Part shown: positions 16,180 through 26,171 of the stretch, piece by piece
Numbering within the stretch: position 1 is the first letter of the stretch
Layout: each line of letters starts with the position of its first letter
Position numbers and translations under genes: made by a program
Notes under the pieces: model-generated
Seen by the model: the letters and a program-made list of their open reading frames with translations, nothing else
The model's database searches: none
Told to the model about the DNA's origin: nothing
Source of the DNA: a virus
Strand: one strand, 5' to 3'
Length of the DNA: 64,000 bases
IMG/VR virus record: IMGVR_UViG_3300025711_000007
Span: 1 to 64,000 of that record

Positions 16180-17144
16180 TGAAGAAGCAGGCGACAGGAG
16201 GCGGCAGCCTCCACCCAGCGCAGAAGTTCGTCGTCGCGCGCGTCCACCGCGAGAAGATCAAGAATGCGCCGTACAACCCGCGACAGATCGACGACCACGC
16301 GAGGAAGAAGCTCAGCAACAACATCAAGAAGAAGGGGTTGCTGGACGCGCTCGTCTGGAACAAGCGGACAGGTAACCTCGTGTCGGGGCACCAGCGGTTG
16401 AGCATCCTGGACGACCTCAGCAAGACGGGAGTCAGCTACGCGATAGACGTCGCGGTGGTCGACCTGTCGGAGCGCGAGGAGAAGGAGCAGAACCTGTTCT
16501 TCAACAACCCGAGCGCTCAAGGTGACTACGACGTCGATAAGCTCGGGAAGATGATAGTAAACGACGAAGTCGACTACAAGTTGTCGGGGTTCGACGACAT
16601 GGACCTGCAGATGCGGTTCGAGGGCACCGACTACGCGGTGACGATGTTCGACGACGACAAGGCGCCGCAGTCGGTGCAGGACGACCTGGAGCAGCTGGAG
16701 GAGATCCAGCGCATGAAGCGCGAGCGGAAGGCGCACCGCGACCGCGACCAGGACGCCAACGACCCGGAGTTCTACGCGGTGGTCGTGTTTCCGGACCGCG
16801 ACGCGCAGGGGCAGTTCATGGAGCGCGTCGGCATGGACAGGAACGCCCGCTACGTGGACGGGGCTCGCCTCCACACGTCGCTGGAGGCGGCGAAGCCGCG
16901 GACCAAGACGTACGACGGCGAGCCGTTCGAGGAGATGACGTTCTGGGTCGCCAGGGACCAGAAGCAGGTGATCGAGGACGAGCTGACGCGCATCGCGGCG
17001 CTGATGCGAGGGAAGAACCTGCGGGGCCGCGCGCTGGAGGCGATGGCGGTGATATCGTCGCAGACGTCGACGGACAACATCATGGGTGAGGAGCCGGAAG
17101 CTCGACCCGAACCCAAGCCGAGGAAGAGGAGATCAGATGCCTGA
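16176..17144 (+). CDS. ParB/sulfiredoxin N-terminal domain protein
   Basis: APYNPRQI, LVWNKRTGNLVSGHQRL, NNPSAQGDYDVDKL. Confidence 0.88.
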   Translation: MMKKQATGGGSLHPAQKFVVARVHREKIKNAPYNPRQIDDHARKKLSNNIKKKGLLDALVWNKRTGNLVSGHQRLSILDDLSKTGVSYAIDVAVVDLSEREEKEQNLFFNNPSAQGDYDVDKLGKMIVNDEVDYKLSGFDDMDLQMRFEGTDYAVTMFDDDKAPQSVQDDLEQLEEIQRMKRERKAHRDRDQDANDPEFYAVVVFPDRDAQGQFMERVGMDRNARYVDGARLHTSLEAAKPRTKTYDGEPFEEMTFWVARDQKQVIEDELTRIAALMRGKNLRGRALEAMAVISSQTSTDNIMGEEPEARPEPKPRKRRSDA

Positions 17145-17463
17145 AGACGTCGAGGATCACGTGGCGATGATGTTCCACGGGCTCGTGTCCGACCTCCAGC
17201 ATAACGACGTCGCGGCGTTCGAGCGGGAGCAGGCGCGCCAGGCCGCCGCGCGCGCCGAGCTGCGCAAGCGGACCCCGAATCAGGGCCTCAACGCGGGCGA
17301 GCTGCTGAAGCAGCTCGACGGTGACCCCGCGGCGGCGGACCGCCGGGTCCAGAGCGAACTGGACCGCATCGACCGCGAGTCCAAGGCAGCCGCGGAGAAG
17401 AACAAGAGCAAGGTCGCGCCGTTGCCAGAAGGGCACTTCCCACCCCCGCCCGAGAGCGAGTAG
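17137..17463 (+). CDS. hypothetical helical protein
   Basis: GAGGAG RBS, MPEDVEDH... Confidence 0.7.
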   Translation: MPEDVEDHVAMMFHGLVSDLQHNDVAAFEREQARQAAARAELRKRTPNQGLNAGELLKQLDGDPAAADRRVQSELDRIDRESKAAAEKNKSKVAPLPEGHFPPPPESE

Positions 17464-17472
17464 GCTGTCGCG

Positions 17473-17640
17473 ATGAAGCCGCAGCGCTACACGTGCTCTC
17501 AGTGCGGGTGCTCTTGGCTCGCTGCCGCCGGCCAGGGCGCTCGGTGCCCCAACGGGTGCGACGTCGTCGCGAAATCGGAGGGCGAGTTCACGATGAAGAC
17601 GTTCCAGGGCGGCGACGACCTGAAGAAGGGGCTCCGCTGA
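17473..17640 (+). CDS. small Zn-ribbon protein (not in ORF track)
   Basis: MKPQRYTCSQCG...RCPNGC...; TAGGCT-6-ATG. Confidence 0.65.
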   Translation: MKPQRYTCSQCGCSWLAAAGQGARCPNGCDVVAKSEGEFTMKTFQGGDDLKKGLR

Positions 17641-17644
17641 AGCC

Positions 17645-18076
17645 GTGCGGGTGTTCGGGACCACGCGGATGATCTGCACGCTGGACGCCGACCAGCTGCA
17701 GAAGGCGTTCGACCAGGAGGTGACGTTCGACGACACCGACCCGGCCACGGCGGCGCACACCCAGTCGGGTTTCGTCACGCTCGCCGCCTCCGCGTCGAGC
17801 CAGCCGTTCTCGTTCGGCAGCGTCACCGCGGCGTCGACGGTCCTGGTGATCGCGTACGACCCGGTCCAGGTGCAGCTCAACGGCAACGCCGCGCCGCTCG
17901 TCGACGTTACTCCGGTGCCGGCGAGCGCCGCGACCGCGGTCACCTCGGTCTACCAGCGGCAGGACCAGCCGGGGCACCTGAGCCTGCGCGGCAAGGTCAC
18001 GAGCCTCCACCTGACCAACCCGAGCAGCACGGAGACGGCTCGCGTGTTCGTCGCCGTCGTGGGCGACGCGGCGTAG
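17645..18076 (+). CDS. hypothetical beta-rich virion-like protein
   Basis: Thr/Val/Ala-rich ORF, GC3-rich. Confidence 0.7.
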   Translation: MRVFGTTRMICTLDADQLQKAFDQEVTFDDTDPATAAHTQSGFVTLAASASSQPFSFGSVTAASTVLVIAYDPVQVQLNGNAAPLVDVTPVPASAATAVTSVYQRQDQPGHLSLRGKVTSLHLTNPSSTETARVFVAVVGDAA

Positions 18077-18115
18077 CGCTGGACGCCCGCGCGAGGTGAC
18101 TGGTATGCTGGCTGC

Positions 18116-18871
18116 ATGTCAGCGGGAACCGTAATCTCCGGGGGTTTCCCCGGGCGTGTCGCGCAGGAAGTCCAGCCCAACCAAAAGTGCGAGGGCTGTC
18201 TCCACTACGACGGCCAGGCGGGGAGGACCGGGGCATGCACGATCGGGTCTCGCCCATGGTTGTGTGGGGACGGCGGTGCCCAGGACGTCGGCTACGCGCC
18301 GATCGCTGCCGGCGCGGGCAGCTACCTGCCGGACATGAGCAACCACGGCGCGCACGCGCCGGAGGTCGACGGGCAGCACTCGTCGGACCTGCACGGGGTC
18401 GGGTCGACGAGGCCGGTCGTGTTCCGGCAGGTGTCGCTCGGCGAGGAGCACGTCCACCTCGTCAAGAGCATGGTCGAGCAGCACGGCAGGATCCAGAAGT
18501 CGCAGTGCAGGTTGTGCTCGCTGGCGGGCGCGCGCGGCGCGTCGTCGGCGAACCACGAGTTCCAGACGTGCACCTGTGCCGCTCTCGACGCCGGCGTGGT
18601 CGCCAAGGCGATCGTCCAGCGGATGAGCAACGCGCAGCGCGTCGGTGTTCGGTTGGACGACGTCGCGCAGTGGGTGCGTGACGTGGCGAAAGCTGGGTTC
18701 CGGTTGCCTGTCCCGGACAAGGCACGCAGCTTGGGGTCTCACGTCGTCGACGACCAGACCGATCGCGGGCCGAAGAAGGGACCGAAGAGGTCGATCTCCG
18801 ACCAGGTCCGGATCGACGACAGCGGGGGCCACCTCCGCCCGTCGTCGAAGTCGCCCGCGAAAGCACGGTGA
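18116..18871 (+). CDS. Cys-containing putative head-associated protein
   Basis: leaderless promoter TGGACG-18-TATGCT-6-ATG; LVKS/IQKS/VAKA motifs; precedes portal. Confidence 0.7.
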   Translation: MSAGTVISGGFPGRVAQEVQPNQKCEGCLHYDGQAGRTGACTIGSRPWLCGDGGAQDVGYAPIAAGAGSYLPDMSNHGAHAPEVDGQHSSDLHGVGSTRPVVFRQVSLGEEHVHLVKSMVEQHGRIQKSQCRLCSLAGARGASSANHEFQTCTCAALDAGVVAKAIVQRMSNAQRVGVRLDDVAQWVRDVAKAGFRLPVPDKARSLGSHVVDDQTDRGPKKGPKRSISDQVRIDDSGGHLRPSSKSPAKAR

Positions 18872-18874
18872 TCT

Positions 18875-20611
18875 ATGGTCGACGAGCAGGTGGTCGCCTC
18901 GCAGCAGGCTGCGCTGCCGGCTGACATCCAGAAGGCGGTCGCGGCGGCGTTCGAGGAACTCCGCGAGCGGGCGTGGTCGAACGAGTCTGCGGTGGCGAAG
19001 GCCAGCGCCGCGCCGAACGACAACCAGCCGAAGTCGTGGTTCGCCGACCCGTTCGCGCTGCTGGACTCGGTCGGCATGGGGTACCGCAACGCGCCGACGT
19101 ACCTGACGTACGACACCCTGCGCCAGGTGGCCGAGCGCGACACCTACGTCGCGCCGATCATATTGACGCGGATCGACCAGATCAACACGTTCGCTAGGCT
19201 GCAGCCGAACAAGTATTCCGTCGGGTTCTTGATTCGCCCGCGATTCGGCGACAAGAAGCGCATGTTGTCGCGCAGCGAGAAGGAGCGGACCGAGCACCTG
19301 GCGATGATGGTGCTCAACACGGGGATCGAGTACAACCTCGGCCGCGACGGGCTCAGGCAGTTCATATCGAAGTTCGTGCGCGACTCGCTGACCTATGACC
19401 AGGGGTGCTTCGAGAGCATCCGAACGCGGTCCGGAGGTGTCCACTCGTTCCACGCGGTGGACAGCGCGACGATCCGGACGACGACCCCGAAGCAGATGAA
19501 GGGGACACCTCCCCGGATCAACGACCTCAAGAAGGACATCCGCTACGTCCAGGTCATCAACTCGTCGATCACGGCGGAGTTCACCATCGACGAGATGGCG
19601 TTCTGCGTCCGCAACCCGAGGTCGAACGTCAAGACGTACGGGTACGGGCTGCCCGAGATCGAGACGCTGATAACGACGATCACCAGCCACCTGTGGGCCG
19701 AGGAGTGGAACCGCCGGATGTTCTCGCAGGGGAGCACCGTGAAGGGTTTGCTCAACGTCAAGGGCAACTTGCCTCCCGTCCAGTTCGAGGCGTTCAAGCG
19801 GATGTGGCACTCGCAGGTCGCGGGGGTCCAGAACGCGTGGAAGACACCGATGCTCAACTCGGAGGAGGTGCAGTGGGTCCCGCTGCAGCTCAGCAACACC
19901 GAGATGGGCTACCAGATGTGGATGGACTACCTCTGCAAGATCACCTGCGCGTTGTTCCGGATCGACCCGGCTGAGATTAACTTCGACCTTCGGGGCGGCG
20001 TGGGCGCGGCGCCGGTGTTCATGTCCACGAACGAGGCGCAGCAGAAGGCGAGCAAGGATCGCGGACTGCAGCCGCTGCTCGACTTCGTCGCGGACGCCAT
20101 CAATCGTCACATCGTCTGGAAGATCGACCCGCGATTCGAGTTCGCGTTCATCGGCCTCGACGCGAAGACCGAGGAGCAGGCCATGCAGCTCCGCCAGCAG
20201 CAGGCCCAGTCGCACCTCAAGTTGAACGAGGTGCGCGCGATGGACGACCTGCCGCCTGTCGAGTACGGCGACGTCGTGCTCAACCCGGTCTACATCGGGT
20301 ATCGGACCCAGATGATGATGGCACAGCAGCAAGCGCAGCAGCCGGGGCAGCCAGGTCAGCCCGGCCAAGACGGGCCGCCGCCCCGGTTCACGCAGCCGCC
20401 GGGGGACGAGGAGGAGCACGGCGCTGACCAGATCCGGCAGTTCGCCGAGGACAAGCCGGGCCGGGCGGCGTCTTCCGACGAGGGGTCCGGTCCGTCTCCG
20501 CGCGTGCTGTCGCGCCTGCACATCGACGACTGGGACTCCGTGGTCAGCCACTCGATCAGGAGCGACGACCTCGCGAAGGCCGAGGTGTACGACGTCATCG
20601 ACATCGACTAG
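18875..20611 (+). CDS. portal protein (SPO1/Twort-like)
   Basis: FVRDSLTYDQGCFE, VRNPRS...YGYGLPEIE, FSQGSTVKGLL, IDPAEINF, SKDRGLQPLL. Confidence 0.93.
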   Translation: MVDEQVVASQQAALPADIQKAVAAAFEELRERAWSNESAVAKASAAPNDNQPKSWFADPFALLDSVGMGYRNAPTYLTYDTLRQVAERDTYVAPIILTRIDQINTFARLQPNKYSVGFLIRPRFGDKKRMLSRSEKERTEHLAMMVLNTGIEYNLGRDGLRQFISKFVRDSLTYDQGCFESIRTRSGGVHSFHAVDSATIRTTTPKQMKGTPPRINDLKKDIRYVQVINSSITAEFTIDEMAFCVRNPRSNVKTYGYGLPEIETLITTITSHLWAEEWNRRMFSQGSTVKGLLNVKGNLPPVQFEAFKRMWHSQVAGVQNAWKTPMLNSEEVQWVPLQLSNTEMGYQMWMDYLCKITCALFRIDPAEINFDLRGGVGAAPVFMSTNEAQQKASKDRGLQPLLDFVADAINRHIVWKIDPRFEFAFIGLDAKTEEQAMQLRQQQAQSHLKLNEVRAMDDLPPVEYGDVVLNPVYIGYRTQMMMAQQQAQQPGQPGQPGQDGPPPRFTQPPGDEEEHGADQIRQFAEDKPGRAASSDEGSGPSPRVLSRLHIDDWDSVVSHSIRSDDLAKAEVYDVIDID

Positions 20612-20621
20612 GATCGCCGGG

Positions 20622-22544
20622 GTGAGCGTTTCGACCCCCTACCAGTTCGCGAAGCGCGGCAACTTGTTCATCATTCCGGTCGGGCCGTCGATCGACGAGG
20701 TCCCGTACCCGGCGCAGTCGTTCACCAAGCCGCCGCCGGCGAACTCGCTGTGGGTGAATGGTCGGATCCAGGAGACCGGGCTCCACCACGACCACGCGCG
20801 CATGTCGACGCACCTCTACCGCGAGGTCAGGGACGACCTCACGCGCTACTCGCCCGTCGAGGTCACGAGATCGGCTTTCTGCCGCTCCCACCACGCGTAC
20901 GTCGGGGTCATCGACTCCCGAGGGGTTCCCTACTACTTCGCGCTCGACTCGCGCGGCGTGTCGGTGCGCGCGGCTGACTCGGAAGAGGCGGCGTGGAAGG
21001 CGTTCGACCGGATGTCGGACGGGGAGCACGCGGAAGCCGTGCGCCAGCGCCGCGCGGAGTCCGCCGAAGAGGTGAGGCGAAGCGGCGGAACAAGCCTCGT
21101 GATAACCAAAGGACTTAAGTACGGCAAGAAGACTGAGTGGAAGCACAACGTGCCGCACTCCACATGGTGGAGGAAGCTACCTAAGACCGAAGCGAGAGAT
21201 GACCAAGGTGGTGATGACGATCACGACTTGGCCGACGCGCATACAGCGAACCCCAAGAAGGCAAAAACTTCCCAAACGAGCAGGTGGCGAGCTAAGTATC
21301 CGGGAGGGAAAGTAGACAAGATGACGACGAACAAATCAGAGATTCCACTCGTCGTCATCTCGGCCGTAGCGGCGGATGCGGGTGATCGCTCTGCTGGAGT
21401 CGATCCCGCGACGTACGCTGGCCTGAAGTACGCCGCTCTGATGCGACGGCTTGGAGCTGACCTCTGCGAAGACGAGGATCTGGATCCGCCCGTACCTGCC
21501 GATGAGCGCTTCTTGGACGTAGCCGTCGTCAAGGCGCTCCCGAAGAAGCCGAAGGTCGACGAGGTCAAGAAGACGCCGGCTCGGTCAGCGTCGAAGAAGC
21601 AAGCAGGCGCCGGCGGCAAGACGCGGTACACGTACCTGAGCGAGAAGAAGTCAGGAGCAGGTAACCAGGTGCCGCTCGTCATCGCGCACGATGACCACAA
21701 GCACGCCGATCCGTTCGAGCTCGCCAACCAGCTCGGGGTGTCAGTGCGGACGCTGCAGGCCGCGGCGCGCCGGTTGGGGCGTTCCGGGTTCGCCACGTTC
21801 ATGCGGTCGCGCCTCAAGCGGTTCGCCGCGAAGCATCGTTTGGATCCTGACTACTGGAACACGCTGTACGTGTCGTTGGAGTCGGGAGATGTCGACGTCA
21901 AGAAGAGTGAGAACGTCGACCTGAAGAAGTTCGGAGATGATGCAAAGAAGGTCGCGTCATCCGTACCAGAAAGCCACGTCGGGAGGTTTCACGGGAGCGA
22001 CAAGGTGTTCATCCATCACGTGCATCACGAGATGAAGCGCCGTGGGATGTATTCTGGTGGGTTGGACGAGTTCAAGAACCATCTAGTAGAAGCGCAACAT
22101 AAGAGACATGTTAACTTGTCTCGAGCTGACCTAGTCGGCGCGATGGATCCGAAGCACGTGTCGCAATCTGAGACTCATGCTAACGGAGCTAGCTTCCACT
22201 TCGTTAATGCTGGGCACAACCCGCACGCAGCTAAAGAACTAGATCACGCGCACGCGCCGCAGAGTGCTGGACACGCTGCGACAGATAAAATGAAGACGAC
22301 GCGAGCGAAGCCGCATAAGAGCATCCATCATGAAGTGGCAGGTGTGTTGTCGCAAGAAGCACGCGATGCAACTAAGCACGCGACTAAAATAAATACTAAA
22401 GAAGCACATCTCGCGGCAATGACTGCACACCACCAGGCCGGAGCACAGCACCAGAAGGCATCCGGTGACGTGAACAACAAGACAGCGCTTAAGCACTTCG
22501 ACCAATCGGTGTCTCACCTCAAGGCGTCGAAAGCGGCGAACTGA
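20622..22544 (+). CDS. mosaic putative internal head protein, His-rich C-terminus
   Basis: follows portal; TAGGAT-7-GTG; ITKG/VVKA/VKKS motifs; lower-GC segments. Confidence 0.7.
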   Translation: MSVSTPYQFAKRGNLFIIPVGPSIDEVPYPAQSFTKPPPANSLWVNGRIQETGLHHDHARMSTHLYREVRDDLTRYSPVEVTRSAFCRSHHAYVGVIDSRGVPYYFALDSRGVSVRAADSEEAAWKAFDRMSDGEHAEAVRQRRAESAEEVRRSGGTSLVITKGLKYGKKTEWKHNVPHSTWWRKLPKTEARDDQGGDDDHDLADAHTANPKKAKTSQTSRWRAKYPGGKVDKMTTNKSEIPLVVISAVAADAGDRSAGVDPATYAGLKYAALMRRLGADLCEDEDLDPPVPADERFLDVAVVKALPKKPKVDEVKKTPARSASKKQAGAGGKTRYTYLSEKKSGAGNQVPLVIAHDDHKHADPFELANQLGVSVRTLQAAARRLGRSGFATFMRSRLKRFAAKHRLDPDYWNTLYVSLESGDVDVKKSENVDLKKFGDDAKKVASSVPESHVGRFHGSDKVFIHHVHHEMKRRGMYSGGLDEFKNHLVEAQHKRHVNLSRADLVGAMDPKHVSQSETHANGASFHFVNAGHNPHAAKELDHAHAPQSAGHAATDKMKTTRAKPHKSIHHEVAGVLSQEARDATKHATKINTKEAHLAAMTAHHQAGAQHQKASGDVNNKTALKHFDQSVSHLKASKAAN

Positions 22545-22602
22545 CGCCAGCCTGGCTGATGTCCTGTACGAAGCAGCCGCGGTGCTGGTAGGCTATGCGT
22601 CG

Positions 22603-24312
22603 ATGCCGCGACAAGTCACGAAGGGCTTCCAGCTGGTCACGCTCGACGAGTGCTACCGCGACGTCGTGAAGGCGGACGGCGGAGCGGGTTCTCCGCGCCA
22701 GGTCAGCACTCCCGCTTCGCCGCCGCCGAGCACGTCGGACGTGGCGAGCCGCCCGAAGAAGTTCCCGCGTCGGCTGAAGCCGACCGTGCGGATGAAGCCG
22801 ATCAGCGACGCGGAGGCCATGGCTCACATCGCGAGCGGCACCTACAACCCGAACAAGCAGAAGTCGCTGCGCTGGCTCGTCGCGCTCAAGGCCCTCGCGA
22901 CCGGGTACTCGAAGACGTCCGGGGGCGGGGCGCTCAAGGCGGCGAACCGTCGGAGCCGGGATCGGCCGAGCCGCCGGAGCTGGCGCACGGCTCCGTACCT
23001 CGGCCCCGACGGTCGGTACGGGAAGATGAGCGGCAAGGACCGCCGGCGGTCCCTGCGCCGAGCGATGGAGGCGATGTCGTCCCCCATCGGGTCGGCGAAG
23101 CCGCCGAGCGTGTACCTGCCGGGAGTCCACAACCCGAAGTCTCCGGTGCGTTCCGCGTCGGGGATCAAGAAGCCGAAGAAGCTGGCGGTCGCGAAGCCAG
23201 GCAGCTCAGGTAACAGCATGGGGAAGGCCGGCGAGACCGCCGCGGTGGGTCGCGGGAGTCGAGGCGGCGCTGTTGGGGCGATCACCGGCGCCGCCGTGGG
23301 TCGGACCCTCAACGACGCGCGCCATGGCAACTCTCCTGGACGCGACGTGACGCGGTTCGGGATAACAACCGTGGCGTCTAAGCCATCGAACATCTCAGCG
23401 AGCGAGCGCGAACGGATAAGCGCCAAACGTGCGGCGCGGATGGCAAAACAGACAGCCGAGAAGTCCAGCAATCTGGAGAGCAGCATGGCGAAAGCGGAGC
23501 ACAGCTTCGGTAGAGGGGACCTCGTCGTCCACAACGCGAGCGCGGACCCGAAGGCTCACGGGACCATCGGCGCCGTCGGTCCTCGCTCCACGGGCACACA
23601 CATCCATCTCCGGACCGCGGGGTCTCCGCCTCGGATGGTCCACCACAGCGAGGTCCGCGCCGCGACCGCGGACGACATCAAGCATCACCAGAGCACGGTG
23701 CACAAGCTCCACGGCCTCGGCTTCACCGACCAGGCGACCGCGAAAGGAATTTCCATGTCGACGACGAATTTCAACGACCTGTTCAAGTCGGAACTCGGTA
23801 CGCCGGAAGACGAGGTCCTGACCGACTGCCCGCACTGCGAGGCGCCGATCACCAAGGGTGACCTCGAGAAGGCGCACAAAGGCAAGGGCAAGACGACGCA
23901 CCAGACCGGACCGAAGCACGGGAAGTCCAGCGCGCACGTCCGGGACCACAATCCGGAGGGCGGGACGATGCGGGGCGGCGACGGGCGTGGCGTCCACACG
24001 TCGAGCCGAGGCGTCCCCGGCGCGAAGAAGACCGACGAGGTCCGCATGGTCGGCCAGGGGCGGCGCGTGTTGAAGGCGGACGACGTGTCCGGAGAAGATG
24101 ACCTGGATGACCGGACGAGCAAGGCCGAGGTCCCGCCGACCAAGGATGTCAACAAGTCCGTCATCACGATCCGAGGCACCGAGTACGTGCAGTACGTCGA
24201 CGACGGGTCGGATGGTCGGATCGCCAAGGCTATCGCCGAGGGAGCCATCGGCGGGACCTCCCCGACTCAACCGCTCGACCTGAACAACGACCTCTCGCGG
24301 CTCCTGATCTGA
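22603..24312 (+). CDS. basic low-complexity putative internal head protein
   Basis: TGgTAGGCT-8-ATG; more than 10 x-x-K-[SAG] motifs; CPHC. Confidence 0.7.
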   Translation: MPRQVTKGFQLVTLDECYRDVVKADGGAGSPRQVSTPASPPPSTSDVASRPKKFPRRLKPTVRMKPISDAEAMAHIASGTYNPNKQKSLRWLVALKALATGYSKTSGGGALKAANRRSRDRPSRRSWRTAPYLGPDGRYGKMSGKDRRRSLRRAMEAMSSPIGSAKPPSVYLPGVHNPKSPVRSASGIKKPKKLAVAKPGSSGNSMGKAGETAAVGRGSRGGAVGAITGAAVGRTLNDARHGNSPGRDVTRFGITTVASKPSNISASERERISAKRAARMAKQTAEKSSNLESSMAKAEHSFGRGDLVVHNASADPKAHGTIGAVGPRSTGTHIHLRTAGSPPRMVHHSEVRAATADDIKHHQSTVHKLHGLGFTDQATAKGISMSTTNFNDLFKSELGTPEDEVLTDCPHCEAPITKGDLEKAHKGKGKTTHQTGPKHGKSSAHVRDHNPEGGTMRGGDGRGVHTSSRGVPGAKKTDEVRMVGQGRRVLKADDVSGEDDLDDRTSKAEVPPTKDVNKSVITIRGTEYVQYVDDGSDGRIAKAIAEGAIGGTSPTQPLDLNNDLSRLLI

Positions 24313-24315
24313 CGC

Positions 24316-25764
24316 GTGCCGTCCGTCAGCCTCGACGCGATGTTCGGTGACGGAGGGGCGGACCTGGGCGGCGACGTCGTCGCCAAAGCCCAGGTCCGGT
24401 TCCGCGTCCGGCCGCCGGCGCACCCGGCGGCGCAGGACGTCGTCGACCGCGTCGTGTCGGCGTACGACGAGCGGCTCGACATGATCCTCGACGAGATCGT
24501 CGCGGTGATCCGATGTGCGAACTCGGAGCGTCCACCCACACCCGTCCTCGTGGTCGAGGGTGACCGCTCCACCCCGCGGGATCTCGTGGCGAAGGCCACG
24601 CCGCGCGCGCCGTTTCGTCCGGGGTCGCGAGGAGGCAAGTGGTACCGCGACAGCAAGGGCAACGTGCGCTACGGGGAGCCTCCCGAGGGGCGTTTCATGG
24701 GGAACGCCGGGACGGATGCCCCGATGCCGCACCTCGACCACTTCCGGCCTCGTCAGTTCATGGGCACCTTCGGCAGCGACCGGGAGCTGACCGGGTTCTT
24801 GGTCGAGCACGGGAGCAAGCACGGGTTCTCCGACAGCGAGCTCCGGTTCCTCAGCGCGTGGTACGGCACCAGCGACGGGGACGGCGGCGCCCTCTACGAC
24901 GCGTTCCTCGAGTGCGCCGGCTTGACGCGAGAGGAGGCGGCGAACGACGTCACTAACCTCCGCTTCGGCAGCAAGCAGCTCACGTACGAGGAGGCGGTGT
25001 TCGAGTTCTTCGCGGCGCAGGGTGCGCTGTTCATGGGCGAGGAGCCAACCTCCCCGGACCAGGTGAAGGAGTGGCACGCCGTGTTGAACGACGAGATCAA
25101 GCCGCTGCTCGACGACGTGTTCGTCAAGTACGAAGGGATGAAGGATGACGAGTCCCTGCAGGAGCACTTCGCGGGCGAGTCCGGCCGGCAGCGTCGCCGG
25201 TTCTTCGACCACGCGCGTCGCTGCGCAGGTGACGTCGACGGGGTCTCCGACTCCGTCGTTGGTGACTGGGATCCGACCCGGGTGACGGACACGGTCTTGA
25301 TGGGTATGCAGGCTCTCGGCCTGATCGCCCGCCGCGCCAGGGCGGAGCACCACGCGTACGTCCACGGGCGCCCTCACCTCCGCGACGCGGTGGTCGTCGA
25401 CGGCAGGTTGATCGCCAACGGGTCTGACAGCCCGCTTCTCGAGGGCGGCGGCAAGCTGGCCGAGCTGTCGTCCTCGCAGCTCATGCTGCTCTACGTGGCA
25501 GCCGAGCTGCACCGCAGGTGGGACGCGCACGCGCGGTCGTTCTCGCCGGAGAAGCAGGCGGACGTCGGCGCCGGCGAGCTCGGCGAGGCGGTGTTATCCG
25601 CGCTCGCGGGGAAGACTCCGCGGTGGGCCGAGGTGTCGAGCGTGATCCGCGGGCGCCTCGCGGAGCTGGTCGACCTCGTGGTGTCGCGGCTCAACGCCGT
25701 CAACTCCCGCGAGGGTCTGCCCACCAAGCACGGGCCGGCGAAGCGGCGGCGAGGGTCGCGGTGA
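24316..25764 (+). CDS. putative head-associated protein
   Basis: two VAKA motifs; PGSRGGKWYRDSKGNVRYG motif. Confidence 0.7.
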   Translation: MPSVSLDAMFGDGGADLGGDVVAKAQVRFRVRPPAHPAAQDVVDRVVSAYDERLDMILDEIVAVIRCANSERPPTPVLVVEGDRSTPRDLVAKATPRAPFRPGSRGGKWYRDSKGNVRYGEPPEGRFMGNAGTDAPMPHLDHFRPRQFMGTFGSDRELTGFLVEHGSKHGFSDSELRFLSAWYGTSDGDGGALYDAFLECAGLTREEAANDVTNLRFGSKQLTYEEAVFEFFAAQGALFMGEEPTSPDQVKEWHAVLNDEIKPLLDDVFVKYEGMKDDESLQEHFAGESGRQRRRFFDHARRCAGDVDGVSDSVVGDWDPTRVTDTVLMGMQALGLIARRARAEHHAYVHGRPHLRDAVVVDGRLIANGSDSPLLEGGGKLAELSSSQLMLLYVAAELHRRWDAHARSFSPEKQADVGAGELGEAVLSALAGKTPRWAEVSSVIRGRLAELVDLVVSRLNAVNSREGLPTKHGPAKRRRGSR

Positions 25765-26171
25765 CCGCCGGCCCATTCATCCTCGAGATCGACCCCGGCG
25801 TCGAAGGCGACGTCCCGTCGCTCCACGCGCTGACGCCGGCGTCCGTGCTCGTGGTCCTGGGTCGAGAGGACCTCGAGCAGAAGCTCGCGGCCTTCGCCGA
25901 CCCGGTCAGGAACAAGGTCGTGCGCAACGCGCCGAAGGACCGGCGATGGTACGTCGAGAAGATCCTCCCAGCGCTGCGGTTCTACTGCGACAAGTACGAC
26001 GTCGAGCAACCGAGCTGGCTGGTGGGCAACAACCACTGGGAAGGGATGCCGCGGGACGAGCAGGAGCGGCTGTTCGGGCCAGGGGACCTGCGGTTCCGAG
26101 AATTCCGACCCGTGAGCTGCCCGGACATCGCCGTCGTCCGCGACGGCGACGACGAGCAGGAGCCCGCGTAG
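25761..26171 (+). CDS. hypothetical protein
   Basis: GTGA overlap, MTAGPFILEIDP... Confidence 0.65.
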   Translation: MTAGPFILEIDPGVEGDVPSLHALTPASVLVVLGREDLEQKLAAFADPVRNKVVRNAPKDRRWYVEKILPALRFYCDKYDVEQPSWLVGNNHWEGMPRDEQERLFGPGDLRFREFRPVSCPDIAVVRDGDDEQEPA

